Positions 58,001 through 64,000 of a stretch of 64,000 nucleotides of DNA are shown here, in pieces. The first letter of the stretch is position 1, and each line of letters opens with the position of its first letter. The position numbers and the translations under genes are program-made. The notes under the pieces were generated by a model. That model worked only from the letters and a program-made list of their open reading frames with translations, did not search any database and was not told where the DNA came from. Location of the stretch: NCBI RefSeq assembly GCF_009914755.1, contig NC_060930.1. One strand, given 5' to 3'. This DNA is from the human T2T-CHM13v2.0 reference genome, Homo sapiens.

Positions 58001-58310
58001 TGTTAAGAGAAGGCATCCTTGTCTTGTACGGGTTTTCAAAGGGAATGCTTCCAGCTTTTGTTCATTCAATATGATATTGGCTGTGGGTTTGTAATAAATA
58101 GCTCTTATTATTTTGAGATATGTTCTATCAATATCTATTTTATTGAGAGTTTTTAACATGAAGGGATGTTAAATTTTATCAAAGGCCTTTTCTGCATCTA
58201 TTGAGATAATCATGTGGTTTTAATCTTTTGTTCTATTTATGTGATGGATTACCTTTACTGATTTGCATATGTTGAACCAGCCTTGCATCCCAGGGATGAA
58301 GCCAACTTGA

Positions 58311-58722
<412 letters not shown>

Positions 58723-59211
58723 GAAATTTCCTTTTTTTGTGTGTCTCTTCCTGGTTTTGGTATCAGGATAATACTGGCTTTATAAAATCAGTTAGGGAGG
58801 AGTCCTTCTTTTTCAATTGTTTGGAATAGTTTCAGAAGGATGAGTACGAACTCCTCTTTGTATTTCTGGTAGAATTCAGCTGTGAATCCGTCTGGTCGTG
58901 GGCTTTTTTTGGTTGGTAAGCTATTAATTACTGCCTCAATTTCAGAACTTGTTATTGGTCTATTCAGAGATTCAAGTTCTTCCTGGTTTAGTCTTGGGAG
59001 GCTGTATTGTCCAGGAATTCATTAATTTCTTCTAGGTTTTCTAGTTTATTTGCATAGGGGTGTTTATAGTATTATCTGATGGTAGTTTGTATTTCTGTGG
59101 GGCCAGTGGTGATTCTCCTTTATCATTTTTTACTGTGTCTATTTGATTCTTCTCTCTCTTCTTATTAGCATAGCTAGTGGTCTATTTTGTTAATTTTTTA
59201 AAAACCACCTG

Positions 59212-59574
<363 letters not shown>

Positions 59575-60707
59575 TTAATTCTTCTCTGATCTTAGTTATT
59601 TCTTGTCTTCTGCTACCTTTTGGATTAGTTTGCTCTTGCCTCTCTAGCTCTTTTAATTTTGATGTTTGGGTGTCCATTTGAGATCTTTCTAGCTTTCTGA
59701 TGCAGGCATTTAGTGCTATACATTTCCCTCTTAATACTGCTTTAGCTGTGTCCCAGAGATTCTGGTATGTCGTCTCTTTCTTCTCATTGATTTCAAAGAA
59801 CTTCTTGATTTCTGCCTTAATTTCACTATTTACCCAGGAGTCATTCAGGAGCAGGTTGCTCAATTTCCATGTAATTGTGTGGTTTTGGGTGAGTTTCTTA
59901 ATCCTGAGTTCTAATTAGATTGTACTGTGGTCTGAGAGACTGTTTGTTATGATTTCAGTTCTTTTGCATTTGTTGAGGAGTGTTTTACTTCCAATTATGT
60001 GGCCAATTTTAGAATAAGTGCCATGTGGCCCTGAGAAGAATGTATATTCTGTTGATTTGGGGTAGAGAGTTCTGTAGACATGTACTAGGTCCACTTGATC
60101 CAGATTTGAGGTCAAGTTCTGAATATCCTTGTTAATTTTCTGTCTGGTTGATCTGTCTAATGCTGACAATGGGGTGTTAACATCTCCGACTATTATTGTG
60201 TGGGAGTCTAAGTCTCTTTGTAGGTCTCTAAGAACTTGTTTTGTGAATCTGGATGCTCCTGTATTGGGTGCATATACATTTAGAATAGTTAGCTCTTCTT
60301 GTTTAATTGTTACCTTTATCATTATGTAATGCCCTTCTTTGGCTTTTTTGATCTTTGTTGGTTCAAAGTCTGTTTTGTCAGAGACTAAGATTGCAACCCC
60401 TGCTTTTATTTTTGCTTTCCATTTGCTTGTTAAATTTTCCTCCATCCCTTTATTTTGAGTCTATGTGTGTCTTTGCATGTAAGATGGGTCTCCTGAATAC
60501 ACCACACACCGATGGATCTTGACTCTTTGTTCAACTTGCCAGTCTGTGTCTTTTAGTTGGGGCATTTAGCCCGTTTACATTTAAGATTAGTATTGTTATG
60601 TGTGAATTTGATCCAGTCATCATGATGCTATTTGGTTATTTTGCACACTAGTTGATGCAGTTTCTTCATAATGTCATTGGTACTATGGTACTAATATGGC
60701 ATGGAAA

Positions 60708-61730
60708 ACATATTTTCGTGTGTTTTTTGTGGTGGCTGGGACTGGTTTTTCCTTTCCATATTTAGTACTTCTTTTAGGAACTCTTGCAGGGCAGGCCTGG
60801 TGGTAATGAAATCCCTCAGCATTTGCTTGTCTGGAAAGGATTTTATTTCTCCTTCACTTATGAAGCTTAGTTTGTCTGGATATCAAATTCTGAGGGGAAA
60901 ATTCTTTTCTCTAAGAATATTGAATATTGGCCCCCAATCTCTTCTGGCTTGTAGAGTTTCTGTTGAAAGGTCCACCATTAGTCTGATGGGCTTCCCTTTG
61001 TAGGTGACCTGGGCTTTCTCTGTGGCTGCCCTTAAGAGTTTTTCCTTAATTTCGACCTTGGAGAATCTGATGATTATTTGTCTTGTGGTTGATCTTGTGG
61101 AGTATCTTAGTGGTGTTCTCTGTGTTTCCTGAATTTGCATGTTGGCCTGTTTTGCTAGGTTGGAGAAGTTCTCCTGGATAATCCTGAAGTGTGTTTTCCA
61201 CCTTGTTTCCATTATCCCCATCTCCTTCTGGTACTCCAATCAATTATAGGTTTGGTCTTTTTATGAAGTCCCATATTTCTTGGAGGCTTTGTTCATTCCT
61301 TTTCATTCTTTTTTCTCTATTCTTGTCTGCATGCCTTATTTCAGCAAGGTAGTCTTCAAACTCTGATATCTTTTTTTCTGCTTGGTTGATTCAGCTGTTG
61401 CTACTTGTGTATGCTTTATGAAGTTCTCGTGCTGTGTTTTTCAGCTCCATCAGGTCATTTATGTTCCTCTCTAAACTGGTTGTTCTAGTTAGTAATTCCT
61501 CTAACCTTTTATCAAGGTTCTTAGCTTCTTTGCCTTGGATTAGAACATGCCCCTTTAGCTCAGCATAGTTTTTTTTATTACCCATTTTCTGAAGCCTACT
61601 TCTGTCAGTTTGTCCATCTGATTCTCCATCCAGTTCTGTGCTCTTGAAGGAGAGACGTTGCAGTCATTTGGAGGAAAAGAGGCACTCTGGCCTTTTGGGT
61701 TTTCAGCATTTTTTGTTGATTCTTTCTCAT
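60708..61730 (-). pseudogene. Disrupted L1 ORF1
   Basis: Fragments IGVPEGDG, IIQENFSNLAKQANMQIQE, YKGKPIRL..DLSTETLQARRDW and NINDLMELKNTAREL, in different frames. Confidence 0.92.
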
Positions 61731-63829
61731 CTTCATGAGTTTGTCTAGTTTTGGTCTTTGAGGCTGCTGACTCTTGCATGGGGTTTTTTTTTTGGCAGCT
61801 TTTTTGTTGTTGTTGATGCTGTTGTTGTTGCTTTCTGCTTGTTTGCTTTTCTTTCAATAGTCAGGTCCCGCTTCTGTAGGGCTGCTGCAGTTTGCTGGGG
61901 GTTCACTTCAGGCCCTATTCATCTGATTTACTCCTGTGCCTGGAGATATTACTCAAGGAGACTGGAGAACAGTAAAGGTGGGTGCCTGCTCCTTCTTCTG
62001 GGAACTCTGACCTTGAGGGGCACCAATCTGATACCAGTAAGATCACTCCAGTGTAGGGTGTCTGACAACCCCTGTTGGAGGGTCTCACCTAGTTGGGTGG
62101 CACAGGGAACAGGACCCATTTAATGAAGTACTTTGCCCCTTGTTGGAGGGGGTGTGCTTCCCTGGGGGGAAACCCACTCATCTGGGCTGCCTGGATTCCT
62201 CAGAACTACCAGGAAGAGAGGCTAAGTTGGCTGGTCTACAGAGACTGCGGCCACCCCTCCTCCTAGGGGATCAGGCCCAGGTAGATCCAGAGTCTGTCCC
62301 TGAGCCTCTGGCTGGTGTTACTGGCTCTCCTGCAGGGAAGCCCTGCCCAGTGAGGAAGGATGGGTCAGGGTAAGACCTGAAGAGGTGCTCTGGCTGTAGA
62401 CTGCCACAGCCGGTGTGTTGGGCTGTGGGGACAAGTCTTGGGACCAAATCTAGCCTCCCTGGCTCTAGCAGTGGAGAAGTGCAGACTGGATCTATGGAGA
62501 TGGCTGCCACCCTTCCCCCACCTAGAGATCTTAGTGAGTTACGCAGTTGCGAGTCCCAGTGCTGGCTGCTGCCCTTCCTCCAAGGAGCTAAAACTGCTTA
62601 GACAGCAGGCAGCTGCAGCTGTGGTGCTGGTCACCCCTCTCCCCAGGAGCTGGGTAGGCTTAAGTAGATTCCAGCTGAGAGGCTGAGGGAATCTGCATGT
62701 TCTAGGGTTGGGATGCTAGGCCCTGGTGGCGTGGGTTCGTGAGTGGGATCTTCCAATCTGTGGGTTGCACAGTTCCATGGAAGAAGCACAGTTTCCCTGG
62801 CTGTGTAGCGTGCTCACTCACCACCTCCCTTGGCTGGGGGGAGGGGGTACTCCTACCCCATGTGGTTCTCAGGTGGGCCGACGCACCACACTGTTCTTCC
62901 TTCTCTCTGTGGGTCGTACCAGCCTTCTAGTCAATTTTGAAGAGGGAACCTGGATACTTTGTTTGGTGATGAGGGATTCACACCCTTATAGCTTTTTTTT
63001 GATGGGAGCCTCTGAATGCCACTGCTTCCAGTTGGCCATCTTGGCCCTGCCCCCGTGGTGGTTTCTTATAATCCTTTTTATTTCTGTGTTGTTAGTTGTA
63101 ATGTCTCCCTTTTTATCTCTGATTTTATTTATTTGAGTCTTCTCTTTTGTTTCTTAGTCTGGCTAAGGGTTTGTCAATTTTGTTAATTTTTTTCAAAAAA
63201 ACAACTATGTTTTGTTGATCTTTTATATTATCTTTTTAGCATCTGTTTTATTTATTTGTGCTCTGATCTTTATTATTTCTTTCCTTATAGTAATTTTGGG
63301 TTTAGTTTGTTTATCTAGTTCTTTGAGATGAATTGTTAGGTTGTTTATGTGAAATCTTTCTTCGTTTTTGATGTAGGGCATTTTTTGCAGTAAACTCCTC
63401 TCTAAGGACGGCTTTGCCGAATCCTATAAGTTCTGGTATGCTGTGTTTCCATTTTCAATGATCTCAAAAAATTTTTAAATTTATTCAGTGACCCATTGAT
63501 TGTTTAGGAGTATGTTAGTTAATCTCCATGTATTTGTATAATTTTCAAAGTTCTTCCTGTTGTTGATTTCTAGTTTTATTCTATTATGGTCAAAAAGATA
63601 CTTAATATATATATATTTTTAATTTGTTAAGACTTGTGACCTAACAACATATGATCTATCCTGGAGAATATTCTATGTGCAGATGAGAAAAATGTGAATT
63701 CTACAACCATAGGCAAAAAAACAAAAAACAGAGACCAAAAAGCTTGACCTAAGCCTCGTATTTTATATTTAAAAAATTTTTTAAAAAGGATCATAGGCTT
63801 AAATGAAAATGTAAAATCGTAAAACTTTT

Positions 63830-64000
63830 AGGCAGGGCAAGGTGGCTCATGCCTGTAATACCAGTCCTTTGAGAGACCAAGTTGGGAGAATTGCTTGAGG
63901 CCAGAAGTTCAAGATCACCCTGGGCAACATAGTGAAACCCCATCTTTCCAAAAAAAATTTAAAACATTAGCCAGCTGTGGTGGCTCATGCCTGTAGTCCT
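63830..64000 (+). mobile_element. AluJ cut by the window end
   Basis: GGTGGCTCATGCCTGTAATACCAG...GAATTGCTTGAGGCCAGAAG, followed by the right-arm start. Confidence 0.88.

Overview
Primate (human-like) non-coding genomic DNA with no credible protein-coding gene, RNA gene or CRISPR array. About half of the window is interspersed repeat. This includes about 20 Alus (J, S and Y), many L1 pieces, L2/L3/MIR relics, MaLR/ERVL LTRs (MST, MLT1, MLT2, LTR16, LTR33, LTR47), a CpG-rich solo LTR12 and hAT/Tigger DNA transposons. A full-length L1PA8-like element is nested in an older L1MA at 52.7-63.7 kb. The listed ORFs come from repeats, decayed L1 ORF1/ORF2 or chance. I did not find a convincing new biological system. 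The most interesting signals are genome-dynamics scars and candidate regulatory DNA: (1) a TSD-flanked L1 3' transduction carrying a Tigger1 end; (2) two ~190-bp local DNA-level copies; (3) a tiny poly(A)/TSD micro-insertion; (4) a twin-primed L1; (5) a 30-bp VNTR grown inside a FLAM tail, with 12 TACGTG motifs; (6) repeat-free, homeobox-motif-rich blocks that look like conserved enhancers. Repeat subfamily names are from recalled consensus sequences, not a database search, and the edges of old repeats are approximate.
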